Source of the DNA: an uncultured virus (IMG/VR IMGVR_UViG_3300030106_002217)
Taxonomy: Duplodnaviria; Heunggongvirae; Uroviricota; Caudoviricetes
IMG/VR virus record: IMGVR_UViG_3300030106_002217
Span: 1-64,000 of that record
Direction: 5' to 3' (one strand)
DNA: 64,000 bases
The notes beneath the pieces are model-generated. The model was not told where the DNA came from. It worked only from the letters and a program-made list of their open reading frames with translations, and made no database searches. This document shows, piece by piece, positions 49,533 to 58,315 of this stretch (position 1 is its first letter; every line of letters starts with the position of its first letter). The translations under genes and the position numbers were made by a program.

Positions 49533-49724
49533 TTATACCTTCTCGTCAACAAGTCTTTTTTTTGGAACTCTAACAGTAGTTTCCGCTTTTAAAGACTCGT
49601 ATTCTTTCTCAGTTAAATATGTAATCGTTGCACCAACAGTTCTAAAGTTTTCTTTAGCCATCTTGTTTAGTTTCTCCCAAGTTGCTATTGGTACTGCAAT
49701 CGACTTCCACTTATCTGTATCCAT
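49533..49724 (-). CDS. Ribbon-helix-helix-like regulator
   Basis: 'WKSIAVP..WEKLNKMAKENFRTV'. Confidence 0.6.
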   Translation of the reverse strand: MDTDKWKSIAVPIATWEKLNKMAKENFRTVGATITYLTEKEYESLKAETTVRVPKKRLVDEKV

Positions 49725-49908
49725 TTTAATCTCCTTATCTCATCGGGGTGGTAATGATTAAATTTTTAAGGCAAAATTTAAGAAAGGAAACCACCCCAAC
49801 TCGACTTTTCTTTACAAGACATAAGAATCTCAACATAAGTATTTTGTTGTTATTGTTATGTTCAGTTTTTTTTACCATAAAAATATTTTGAATGTCAACC
49901 ATAAAATC

Positions 49909-50361
49909 TTATTTTTTCTTATATAATAGTTCGCCCATCATGTTTTGGCTATATTCTAGTGCCATTTGAAAATGAGTTCCTTCTTTTCCATCTGATGGAT
50001 TACGAAAATCATTCTTTGTCAAACTCAGTGATCTATTGCTTATGAATGATTCCACTGGAAAGAACAACACGGATTCTATATCCAGTGCAGCCAGTGCTAT
50101 TATATCACAATCTTTTCTAGTGTAACATCTTCTGTCTTTGCCTTTTGATATACCAAAATAATATTTACCTTCATCACTTTGTAATACTGTTTTAACTTCT
50201 ACTCTTTGTGCTACTATTAATCCTTCTCCACCAACCACGGCTATATCAACACCGTCTTGTTTTATTAAAGATGCCGCGTAACCCATCATTGACAACTTAA
50301 ATACTGTTAAGCTCTCACCTGCATTACCCACTATCTTCTCGGCTCTTACACCTTTAACCAT
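49909..50361 (-). CDS. PD-(D/E)XK endonuclease
   Basis: 'GNAGE..GVDI..RVEVKT..DIIALA'. Confidence 0.7.
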   Translation of the reverse strand: MVKGVRAEKIVGNAGESLTVFKLSMMGYAASLIKQDGVDIAVVGGEGLIVAQRVEVKTVLQSDEGKYYFGISKGKDRRCYTRKDCDIIALAALDIESVLFFPVESFISNRSLSLTKNDFRNPSDGKEGTHFQMALEYSQNMMGELLYKKK

Positions 50362-51800
50362 TCTAATATCCTTTCTCCTAGTGTTATGTTTGCTAATTTG
50401 TTTTTGTTCACTAATGTTTTTACAATGTGAACATCAACAGTATTCGGACATACCAGGTCAACATATAACACTTTATTCTGTTGCCCTACCCTATGTGCTC
50501 TATCCTCTGATTGAACACGAGACTCCAAATTAAAATCATTTGAATAATAAATCACATTCTTCGCGGCATGAAGTGTCAAACCCATACCACCTGTTTGTGG
50601 ATTACTTACAAAGAACCTCGTGGGATCAGCCGAATCTTGAAACCTCGCAATAGCATTGTCTCTATCTGCCATAGTCGTGTCGCCAAAATAGGTAACCACG
50701 GAACTCGCACCATAGATTTGTGCTAACTTGCTTTGTATTTTTAAGATGTCATGTCTGAACCTTGACCATATAATAACCTTGCCTTCCATCTCTTCTATGA
50801 CTTCAAGTAATACGTCTAACCTATTGTTCTCTATCTCTTTTGTTTCGCCATCATCTGTAATCAGATAGCCACATAACAACTGTTGTAATCTCAAAAGCCG
50901 TGTCATAACTTCTGGAGTTGTGACCATCTCTCCACTTTCGAGAAGTGCTACTGATGTTTTCTTGATACTTTGATAGTATCTCTCTTGCTCCATTGTCAGA
51001 TCAACTTGCCTGGTTGTATATATCTTCGGAGGCAAATCCAATGCCTCATCTTTCGTAACTCGGAACGAGTGTGGCTCAACTTTCTTTTTCAGTTCGTCCA
51101 GGTTCTTATACCCTATGATCTGATTGAACTGATGTGATCCCATCTTCACATTTTTAATCACGGCATATCGTCCTTGAAACGACCAATACGATTCAAACCC
51201 CAAAATTTTTTTACTCATAAATAAACATTGTGAGTATAAATCAAGAGGCGACTTGGTTATCGGAGCACCCGTCAGTATTCTTTTGTACCTTGCTCCTTCA
51301 GCAAATTTTATTAGCGCCTTGGTTCTCTTCGCCTTGATATTCTTGATTGTGGTTGACTCATCAACGGCAAGTAAAAAGGTACTTCTGTGGGTAAACATCT
51401 CCAAAAACTGAAACACTTTCTTTGAGGCAAAAGCCTCAACATTGACGAGTAGTATTCGTAAATGTCTTCTTGCTTCCCCACCCACGGAGCTTTTTAAGTC
51501 TGCTTGTTCTCGTTTGTTAAGCGTTGACTTCCATGTGTATACCCTCGGAACTATATCATCTGTTAGATGTGCAGGTATTTCATTGTTCTTCCAATTCGTA
51601 TACACACCTTTTGGTGCTACAACAATCGCAGTATCTATTTTACTATTCGAATAAAGCCAAGCAATATTATCAATCAATACCTTTGACTTACCGCACCCCA
51701 TCTCCATAAAGTATGCAAAGTTTTCTTTGTCATAACTTTTATGGAGAGCATCTTCTTGATGCTTGTAGGGTTTGGTTTTGTAAGGAAAGACCACACTCAT
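50346..51800 (-). CDS. SNF2-like (SF2) helicase
   Basis: 'MEMGCGKS', 'VDEST', 'LTGAP', 'GMGLTL', 'QSEDRAHRVGQ'. Confidence 0.9.
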   Translation of the reverse strand: MSVVFPYKTKPYKHQEDALHKSYDKENFAYFMEMGCGKSKVLIDNIAWLYSNSKIDTAIVVAPKGVYTNWKNNEIPAHLTDDIVPRVYTWKSTLNKREQADLKSSVGGEARRHLRILLVNVEAFASKKVFQFLEMFTHRSTFLLAVDESTTIKNIKAKRTKALIKFAEGARYKRILTGAPITKSPLDLYSQCLFMSKKILGFESYWSFQGRYAVIKNVKMGSHQFNQIIGYKNLDELKKKVEPHSFRVTKDEALDLPPKIYTTRQVDLTMEQERYYQSIKKTSVALLESGEMVTTPEVMTRLLRLQQLLCGYLITDDGETKEIENNRLDVLLEVIEEMEGKVIIWSRFRHDILKIQSKLAQIYGASSVVTYFGDTTMADRDNAIARFQDSADPTRFFVSNPQTGGMGLTLHAAKNVIYYSNDFNLESRVQSEDRAHRVGQQNKVLYVDLVCPNTVDVHIVKTLVNKNKLANITLGERILEWLKV

Positions 51801-52015
51801 GTCGTAACCTTGTGTGGTCTCATCTCTCTTACCCTTAACTCATTCTGTAGCTTACCTATGAAGTCAACCATGTGCCTTCTTTCCGTTGCTACTTCAGAAG
51901 CATAAGGATAGTAGTCCAAATTATTTTCGGCATCAAATTTTTCTAACAACAACCTGGTGCTCTTGATACATAACTTAATCTCTTTTTGAGATAGTTTCAT
52001 GTGAGACTGAGCCAT
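51797..52015 (-). CDS. Hypothetical protein
   Basis: Translationally coupled to both neighbours. Confidence 0.6.
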   Translation of the reverse strand: MAQSHMKLSQKEIKLCIKSTRLLLEKFDAENNLDYYPYASEVATERRHMVDFIGKLQNELRVREMRPHKVTT

Positions 52016-52752
52016 TAGCGAGACTCACGATACGTTTTTAATCGGATCTTCCTATCGGCTCCCGTATTATGGTTATATAATTTTTCTATATTAATTATAA
52101 AATCATTACGACTACCTTGGTTTTTTAGCTTCGAGGAGAAATGTCTCAACTTATTCTCGAAGATACTCCAAACAAAATCGGGATCTCTCATCACTGATAT
52201 CATTGCATTGACAAAAGACTTCTTTCTAAAATGCTCAAAATATTCTCCTACTTTAATAATTGCAGAAGCCGTATCTTTTGCATGTTCCAGATCATGCACA
52301 ACAAAATTTCCTAGCTTGAAATCCTCCAGGTCTTGTTGGCTACGATAACCCTTACCATTCAACATGGCTATTGAATCCGTTATAGAAAAACCATACGTTC
52401 TGGTAAACCATTCCATGGTCTCATACTCTTTTGCTCCGAGTTTTACATGGCTCATCATGTACTCTTGCATAGTCCACTTTCGATTTACTGAATTTAATTT
52501 TCGTATATCGTTCAACTTGAGACCCTCTTTTATAATATACTGCACGGGTAATCCCAATACCTTATATGCTTCTAGTCTATGTTGACCATCACATACTTCC
52601 ATCTTCTCATTAACAATTATAGGTATTGCTAAATCTTTCGTTTCTATTTCGTTAGATAATTCTCTAACATGCTTATTAACTACTTCTCTATTACCCACGA
52701 TATAGGTAAATTGATCGTAATCTGTCGTTGAATATATTCTATTATTCGGCAT
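52015..52752 (-). CDS. ParB/Srx-like N-terminal domain protein
   Basis: 'GNR..HV..L..PIIVNE..DGQHRLEA'. Confidence 0.75.
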   Translation of the reverse strand: MPNNRIYSTTDYDQFTYIVGNREVVNKHVRELSNEIETKDLAIPIIVNEKMEVCDGQHRLEAYKVLGLPVQYIIKEGLKLNDIRKLNSVNRKWTMQEYMMSHVKLGAKEYETMEWFTRTYGFSITDSIAMLNGKGYRSQQDLEDFKLGNFVVHDLEHAKDTASAIIKVGEYFEHFRKKSFVNAMISVMRDPDFVWSIFENKLRHFSSKLKNQGSRNDFIINIEKLYNHNTGADRKIRLKTYRESR

Positions 52753-53103
52753 TTATTTTCCTCCAAAAATTCTATTTTGTTCTTCTAGCCTATCTAGTTG
52801 TTCTTCACATGGCTCAGGACAACCACAGTTATCGCCACATATAATAGTTCTACTTTTTAAAGTATCTCGAACCATCAAAGCAACTGTCGCTGCAATAGTT
52901 CTATTATCTTGCTTGGCTATTCTCTTTATCTGCTCGTATACTGAAACACGGACATTTAAAGATTTGAAGCCTACATCTTCCTCATCAAGATCATAGACCT
53001 CCTCGGCATCTTCACTTACTTTGCTTCTGGGAATGATGCCATCAACGTAATCTCCGACTTCCTCTTCGATACCCTTTTCCCAGAGCCTTTTCGTACCTCC
53101 CAT
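52753..53103 (-). CDS. Putative RHH-like DNA-binding protein
   Basis: 'FKSLNVR..YEQIKRIAKQDNRTI'; AGGAG RBS. Confidence 0.55.
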   Translation of the reverse strand: MGGTKRLWEKGIEEEVGDYVDGIIPRSKVSEDAEEVYDLDEEDVGFKSLNVRVSVYEQIKRIAKQDNRTIAATVALMVRDTLKSRTIICGDNCGCPEPCEEQLDRLEEQNRIFGGK

Positions 53104-53308
53104 AATATCTCCTATAAATAGTTAGTTGTACTTATATATAAGTAATACATGGGATAGCATAAGTCAAGAGAGGATACCATAAAAATTTATATTTATTTAT
53201 TTGACACAATGTTTTTTATCTGATAGTTTAATAATTGCATAGAATCCTTACTATGTAGTTGCGAAAAGGGAAGAGCTAGGAATTTTTTTTATTAATTTTG
53301 TTTCGTTT

Positions 53309-53503
53309 CTAGCTCTTTTTTATGCACTCATCTAAGATAATATTATGATATGCAGGTTGTTCCTTGGCTCGATAACGAAGAAGTCTTAACTGACATTCCT
53401 TCCTTGTCTGAAACTCCCAATCAAACATATGGGTAAAACATTCTTGCTTTGCTCTCCCATCTGCAATCCACACACTACATATTAATGCTACTGCTTTAAA
53501 CAT
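53309..53503 (-). CDS. Small Cys-containing protein with hydrophobic N-terminus
   Basis: GGAGG RBS; 'MFKAVALICS..C..F.T..EC'. Confidence 0.55.
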   Translation of the reverse strand: MFKAVALICSVWIADGRAKQECFTHMFDWEFQTRKECQLRLLRYRAKEQPAYHNIILDECIKKS

Positions 53504-53681
53504 CTTTTTCCTCCAATATCGGACTTGATCTAATGGCTAAGTCCTTCGCCACTTTTGTTCTTCTTTTGCCACAAGCCATGCACTTGTGAACCTCGACTAC
53601 TTCTAAGTTCTCGAATTTTACTCCGATCTTTCTCATTGCAGCCTGGCACTTGGAACACTTTAATTTGTCTTCAAATCTCAT
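53496..53681 (-). CDS. Zn-ribbon protein
   Basis: 'CSKC..CMAC'; ATG 53681 overlaps upstream stop. Confidence 0.6.
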   Translation of the reverse strand: MRFEDKLKCSKCQAAMRKIGVKFENLEVVEVHKCMACGKRRTKVAKDLAIRSSPILEEKDV

Positions 53682-53833
53682 TCTTGTTCCGTTACTGTAA
53701 AACACATTGGACATTGATATAATCCTTTCAGTTCTATTCGTTTAAGTGCGATCTTACATCTCTCGCACATAAAAACTTTTGGTGGTTCTTCTGATGAACC
53801 ATCTTCTGTTAGTATTGTTTGATCACGATCCAT
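53678..53833 (-). CDS. Zn-ribbon mini-protein, paralog of 14907..15044 (not in ORF track)
   Basis: MDRDQTILTEDGSSEEPPKVFMCERCKIAL..YQCPMCFTV; AAGGAG RBS. Confidence 0.65.
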   Translation of the reverse strand: MDRDQTILTEDGSSEEPPKVFMCERCKIALKRIELKGLYQCPMCFTVTEQE

Positions 53834-53879
53834 GATTATCTCCTTTTGTTAATATTAATTCATACATAGTGTTTCTCCC

Positions 53880-54005
53880 ATATTTTTTTGTTTGATAAAA
53901 TTTTTTAAAAATAGGTGTAGAAAGTGTAGAAACGTAGAAAACACTCTGTAACCCTTGGTGACACTAGATGTCTTTTCTACACTTTGGTTACACTTTCCAC
54001 ACTTT
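53880..54005. repeat. Direct and inverted GTGTAGAAA-like repeats next to AT-rich tract (candidate origin)
   Basis: GTGTAGAAA x2, CGTAGAAA, then TTTCTACAC, GTTACACTTT, CCACACTTT; at the strand switch. Confidence 0.6.
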
Positions 54006-54073
54006 AAAGCCGACCGCGTCATATTTTCGGCTTTGCTCTTGCAAAAATATGGTAGAAACTCTACTATGGGGTC

Positions 54074-54571
54074 ATGGCACTTACTAATCGTCAGAAAACT
54101 TTTTGTAAATATATTGTTGAAGGAACGTATTCTAACTCCGAGTGTGCCAGAAAGTCTGGTTACTCTGAAGGTCAAGCTCGTAAAACTGCGAGTTTGCTTC
54201 TTAATGGTAGAGATTTTCCTCTGGTAACTGAATATATTAAAGAACTTCGTGAAGCTAGAGAAAGAAAGTATGGTGTAACTCTCATGGGTCAACTCAAAAG
54301 GTTTGCAGATCTGTCGAAAGGTGCAGAAGAATCTGGACAGTTCTCGGCAGCCGTCAATGCAGAAAAGTATAGGTCTGCACTTGGTGGTCTTGCTATTGAT
54401 AAAAGAGAGACTCATGTTACACATAATTTAGATAAACTTTCTCGTGATGAAATTGTTGCTAGACTTTCTGAACTTCGTAAAAACTACCCCTCTGCGTTCA
54501 TTGACGGAGATTTCAAAGTGGTTGAAGAGAGAAAGGGGAAAGTAAAAGCTCTCTCCAACCTGGGCAAATAG
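54074..54571 (+). CDS. terS: Terminase small subunit (copy B)
   Basis: 'LTNRQKTFC..ECARKSGYS..A..LL..KYGV..FSAAVNAEKYR'. Confidence 0.85.
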   Translation: MALTNRQKTFCKYIVEGTYSNSECARKSGYSEGQARKTASLLLNGRDFPLVTEYIKELREARERKYGVTLMGQLKRFADLSKGAEESGQFSAAVNAEKYRSALGGLAIDKRETHVTHNLDKLSRDEIVARLSELRKNYPSAFIDGDFKVVEERKGKVKALSNLGK

Positions 54572-54626
54572 CAATTCCCGATATTGCTCCGTGCAATCCA
54601 AGGATAATTTAAACAACATATAGATG

Positions 54627-54818
54627 TCAATCCTCTTCTGAATTATATACAATCTTTTCAGTTCCGTCTTTTTGTATTTCTGTGAGACACACATCATAAC
54701 CTTTTTCTCTCCAATTATGATAATCCATTTGTGCTAGGCTAAAAGTTTTGTAGTAGTCATCATTACCATCAACCCAAACTATGTATCTCCAACCATTTTT
54801 ATAATCGTCCATTTTCAA
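54627..54818 (-). CDS. Hypothetical protein
   Basis: AAGGAG upstream; 'WRYIVWVDGNDDYY..W.EKGYD'. Confidence 0.6.
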   Translation of the reverse strand: MKMDDYKNGWRYIVWVDGNDDYYKTFSLAQMDYHNWREKGYDVCLTEIQKDGTEKIVYNSEED

Positions 54819-55908
54819 TCTCCTTCTTTATTGCTAATCCAATTAACTTTGCATTTTGTGGTACGATAGCGTTACCCAATGCTTTCAACCTATTGGCTCT
54901 ATCTTTCTGATTGACAACTATTCTTGGGACTCCTCTAGGTTCGTCCAACCAATAGGATACCCCATCAACCACTCCGTCCAATCGCAATTCAACCTTCCGT
55001 CTCCTTCCGTTTGATACATCTTCATTCCCAAGTCCATCTGTCTTCCCTTCTCCACTCGGTTCTCCCAAAAGTCCTTGTTGCCGTTGTAACTGTGCTTCTT
55101 CAGACTTGATGTCGGTGTTGGATAATTCCACTCTTCCATTCTTGGTGGTCGAAGAGTTACTCCGTTCATCATGGCTTGAGCTTCTGCTTCTGTCAGTTCT
55201 CCGTTCTCTACTTTCCTTCTGAACATCATTGTCTGACCTTCCGAGGCATGACCGAAACCTTTTGTTGTCGGTGTCGGATACATCTCCATTGTCTTGGGGT
55301 CTACTTGCTCTCTCAAATTGCTCGGTCTCTTGCGACCCTTTCTGTGTCCCTCTTGCATCTTCTTCGTTGCCTCTGCACTTCTCGGCGGCAAAGAATCCAT
55401 AGTCGTGGGGGTCGCCCAAGTTTCTACAAATAATCCATAATCTTTCTCGTTTGTGTCTAGCTCCGATTGCACTAGACGGAAGTACAAATGTCCTCGTGTG
55501 GTAGTTGAGGCTTTCCATTGCAAAGAGTACCTCGTCAAGTCCCAATGAGAGGTGTCCATAAACATTTTCGAAAACGCAATAAGTGGGTCTGACTTGTTTA
55601 ATAAGTTTATGCAAGTACGGAAAGATGTGGCGAGGGTCTTGCGTTCCACCCCTTTTGCCACTTGTTGAGAATGGTTGACACGGATATCCTGCCGTGAGGA
55701 TATCTGGTCGTTCTGAAATAAATCTTGTTGGGTCATGTGCTATCTCCTTAACATCATTATAAATTGGAATACCTGGAAAGTTTTTGGCAAGAACTTTCTG
55801 ACAAAACTTGTCTGTGTCGCAAAAAGCGATTGGCTCTGATAACTCTGCCATAGAAAAACCTACGGCAAAGCCACCAATACCACTACATAAATCTAAATGC
55901 TTGAGCAT
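54799..55908 (-). CDS. DNA (cytosine-5) methyltransferase, alpha polypeptide (motifs I-VIII and X)
   Basis: 'LDLCSGIGG', 'GYPCQPFS', 'FENV', 'RERLW', 'LKALGNAIVP'; AGGAG before ATG 55908; motif IX absent. Confidence 0.9.
   Translation of the reverse strand: MLKHLDLCSGIGGFAVGFSMAELSEPIAFCDTDKFCQKVLAKNFPGIPIYNDVKEIAHDPTRFISERPDILTAGYPCQPFSTSGKRGGTQDPRHIFPYLHKLIKQVRPTYCVFENVYGHLSLGLDEVLFAMESLNYHTRTFVLPSSAIGARHKRERLWIICRNLGDPHDYGFFAAEKCRGNEEDARGTQKGSQETEQFERASRPQDNGDVSDTDNKRFRSCLGRSDNDVQKESRERRTDRSRSSSHDERSNSSTTKNGRVELSNTDIKSEEAQLQRQQGLLGEPSGEGKTDGLGNEDVSNGRRRKVELRLDGVVDGVSYWLDEPRGVPRIVVNQKDRANRLKALGNAIVPQNAKLIGLAIKKEIENGRL
54918..55736 (-). CDS. Nested out-of-frame methyltransferase beta polypeptide (TRD + motif IX)
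   Basis: Own SD TAAGGAG 7 nt before ATG; three 'xTPT' modules; 'RLNCDWTEWLMGYPIGWT'. Confidence 0.8.
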   Translation of the reverse strand: MTQQDLFQNDQISSRQDIRVNHSQQVAKGVERKTLATSFRTCINLLNKSDPLIAFSKMFMDTSHWDLTRYSLQWKASTTTRGHLYFRLVQSELDTNEKDYGLFVETWATPTTMDSLPPRSAEATKKMQEGHRKGRKRPSNLREQVDPKTMEMYPTPTTKGFGHASEGQTMMFRRKVENGELTEAEAQAMMNGVTLRPPRMEEWNYPTPTSSLKKHSYNGNKDFWENRVEKGRQMDLGMKMYQTEGDGRLNCDWTEWLMGYPIGWTNLEESQE

Positions 55909-56123
55909 CAATAATCTCCTTCTTCGTATGTATCCCATACTAAAACAAGAGTGTCGTTTTTTATTTCATCTATAAATTTTTTCTTTGCTAATTCTTTTGC
56001 TTCTTCTGTAAGCTCTGAAAATCCTTTTAAATGAACTCCACTATCTATATAAACATCAATACCTTTAGACTTTTCAAAATATCCATCTGGGATATTAGTT
56101 TTAAATTTTATTTTCTCTTTCAT
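55908..56123 (-). CDS. Hypothetical protein
   Basis: AGGAG RBS; TGATG coupling to MTase. Confidence 0.6.
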   Translation of the reverse strand: MKEKIKFKTNIPDGYFEKSKGIDVYIDSGVHLKGFSELTEEAKELAKKKFIDEIKNDTLVLVWDTYEEGDY

Positions 56124-56138
56124 TTTTACTCCTATTAT

Positions 56139-56212
56139 TGGAGAGGGTAGAGGGATTCGAACCCTCGTAAATGGTTTTGCAGACCATCTCCTAACCTCTC
56201 GGACATACCCTC
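56139..56212 (-). tRNA. tRNA-Cys(GCA)
   Basis: Acceptor GAGGGTA/TACCCTC, anticodon arm ATGGT-CTGCAAA-ACCAT, GGTTCGAATCC T-arm, U discriminator, encoded CCA. Confidence 0.92.
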
Positions 56213-56214
56213 GA

Positions 56215-56622
56215 TTATAATTCTGCTTCGAAATTGCACTCGCCTTTTTCTTTTACACATTCCAAGATTTGTTCGCCTAACCCAAGTCTTGCATACCATT
56301 CTAAATAATGCTTTACCCCTTGTTCGGTAAACTTTTTTGTTGGTAAATTTTCTGAAGCATGAGCTTCATTTAAATAATCAACTAACATCTTGTTATTGTA
56401 TCCGTTATTTTCATCAAAAAATTTATTTAGTGTTTCTAAAAGTGAGCCTAAATATTGCTTGCATTTCTTGATACCTATTTCTATTTTCGGTAAATCTTCC
56501 TCAGTAAAATAGTAGTTTAGAAATCTTGCATCTCCTTCTACTCCAAAATAATCTGCATCATTGCTTGATTGAACTGCAAACCAAAACTTACCTTCAATAT
56601 CTCCGTTGTAATATCTACCCAT
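56215..56622 (-). CDS. Conserved phage hypothetical protein
   Basis: 'MGRYYNGDIEGKFWFAVQSS..YARL.LG.QI..C..C.FEAEL'. Confidence 0.7.
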   Translation of the reverse strand: MGRYYNGDIEGKFWFAVQSSNDADYFGVEGDARFLNYYFTEEDLPKIEIGIKKCKQYLGSLLETLNKFFDENNGYNNKMLVDYLNEAHASENLPTKKFTEQGVKHYLEWYARLGLGEQILECVKEKGECNFEAEL

Positions 56623-56828
56623 TATTTATTCTCCTTTTTATTAAAATATTCGCCTAACATTCTTAACCACTTGTAATGTCCCTCTTCTAAATCATCTGTG
56701 CCTATTTCACTCGGACAAATATCTTTGTCCATTCTGATAAAGTTTTCGGAATAATATCTCTCTTCGTCTTTAATCAAGTCATTATATAACTGATTAAATA
56801 CTTTTTTTGATGGCTCAAATCTTATCAT
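56622..56828 (-). CDS. Hypothetical protein
   Basis: GGAGG RBS; coupled to next gene. Confidence 0.55.
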   Translation of the reverse strand: MIRFEPSKKVFNQLYNDLIKDEERYYSENFIRMDKDICPSEIGTDDLEEGHYKWLRMLGEYFNKKENK

Positions 56829-57053
56829 TTATTTTCCTCCTTTATTTGCAGATATAAATAGAAAGCCACCTCCGTTGCCTTCTTCATCTCTTGATACCTC
56901 AACTTTAATTGTTTCATAACCCTTCTTTTTCATAACAAAAGTTGGGAAATAACTGTCGGTGCTATCACAATAAACAAACTCTACATTTGATATTGCGAAC
57001 CCCTTAAGTTGTCCGTAGTATTTAGTACCCCACATTTTTTCAGTTTCTTGCAT
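56829..57053 (-). CDS. Hypothetical protein
   Basis: AAGGAG before MQETE; 'VSRDEEGNGGGFLFI'. Confidence 0.6.
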   Translation of the reverse strand: MQETEKMWGTKYYGQLKGFAISNVEFVYCDSTDSYFPTFVMKKKGYETIKVEVSRDEEGNGGGFLFISANKGGK

Positions 57054-57122
57054 AACATCTCCTTTCATTCTGTTGTTGCAATATTCAAGATTAGGCACGG
57101 AAACCATGCCTAACTTTGATTA

Positions 57123-57305
57123 TTACTTTTTAAAAATTCTTTTAAGTTCTCGTAATCTTTCGCAATTAAATCCTACATCTTCTGTATCCATTTCTTTTGC
57201 TCCCAGACATTCCTCCCACTCTGTAATTAAATCTTTCAAGCAATCAATGAAGTGTTCTTCATTGTTAAAACTTGAGTTTTTTTCTAAATTTATTTTAATC
57301 GTCAT
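57123..57305 (-). CDS. Conserved 60-aa protein, paralog of 5536..5718
   Basis: Shares 'EEHFIDCLKDLITEWE.CLGAKE' and 'DVGFNCERL'. Confidence 0.8.
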   Translation of the reverse strand: MTIKINLEKNSSFNNEEHFIDCLKDLITEWEECLGAKEMDTEDVGFNCERLRELKRIFKK

Positions 57306-57505
57306 ATGTTTTCTTCCTCTATATTTTCTAATATTAATTGCTCTGCAATCTTAACAACAAAGCCACCTTTCCAAGTAAGTCCATCAACTTCATAAAGTTT
57401 TTTACCTATTTCCTGGTATGCTTGGTCGTTTGTCATGCCCTTGTCATTGAGGAAGATATCTAAATCTTCCCCAACTCTTTCGACTAATTTTAAAAGCCTA
57501 GTCAT
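57302..57505 (-). CDS. Hypothetical protein
   Basis: AGGAG RBS; ATGA overlap. Confidence 0.55.
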   Translation of the reverse strand: MTRLLKLVERVGEDLDIFLNDKGMTNDQAYQEIGKKLYEVDGLTWKGGFVVKIAEQLILENIEEENI

Positions 57506-57661
57506 CTTTTTCTCCTATTCTACATTGAATACCCCAATGTATGGTTTTGTTAGAATATTTATCGAGTATCCCTAGTTCTTTTGCTTTTCTCATAAAAAGT
57601 TTATTAACAAAATCATATTCTAAATCTGTTAAATCTTCTTCTATGTCTATTTTAATAATGG

Positions 57662-58162
57662 TCATTTTTTCCCTCTTTCGTTAAATATTTTAGATATTTT
57701 TTTATTAACTTTTTCTTCAACTGCTTTGATGTAATCGCTTTCAGTAAAACCCTTAACTCCCCAATCTGAATAATCCATATAATTTGAACCATCTTTTGGA
57801 ACAATTTCAAAACCAGTTTGTCCATGATAGATTTCAACTTTGCCAACCCATCTAATTTTACTCTCAACTTCTTCTAAACTGCTTTTAACTGCAACACTTT
57901 CGCCCTCTGCATCTGTGCCTAAAACTAAAGCCTTGCCCATCAAAGGTGCAACATGTCCATTATCATATGTAAATTCAAAGCAATAATTTTCTTTTGTTAA
58001 TAAGCCTTCGTCATCAACATATAATGTGTCTTCATTTCTAAAACCATAAACTGCATCAAACCCCCTTTGCGAATTTATGAGTTTATTAATGGTTTGATAA
58101 TCTCCGTTGTAATCAACAACGGAAACTATTTTGTTTATTGGGTCTATTAAATATGCTTTCAT
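57662..58162 (-). CDS. DUF3846-like protein
   Basis: 'MKAYLIDP..LYVDDEGLL..GKALVLG.D.EG'. Confidence 0.65.
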   Translation of the reverse strand: MKAYLIDPINKIVSVVDYNGDYQTINKLINSQRGFDAVYGFRNEDTLYVDDEGLLTKENYCFEFTYDNGHVAPLMGKALVLGTDAEGESVAVKSSLEEVESKIRWVGKVEIYHGQTGFEIVPKDGSNYMDYSDWGVKGFTESDYIKAVEEKVNKKISKIFNERGKK

Positions 58163-58315
58163 GCTCTGCTCCCTTTTTTTAATTGTTCCCACTTATGCTT
58201 TTTAATAATGCTTAAAATCTCGTCTTTGTTTGAACATTCTTTATTTAAAAACATTCCAACAATAGCATCACTAGACAAGCCATTTTTGACTTGTCTAATA
58301 ATTGCGTTTTTCTTC

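Noticed and set aside
53855..54424. 189-aa minus-strand ORF and other antisense ORFs in the track (e.g. 35073..35585, 48369..48920, 26972..27415, 21495..21878)
   Set aside because: Shadows of well-supported opposite-strand genes; no RBS or recognisable motifs.
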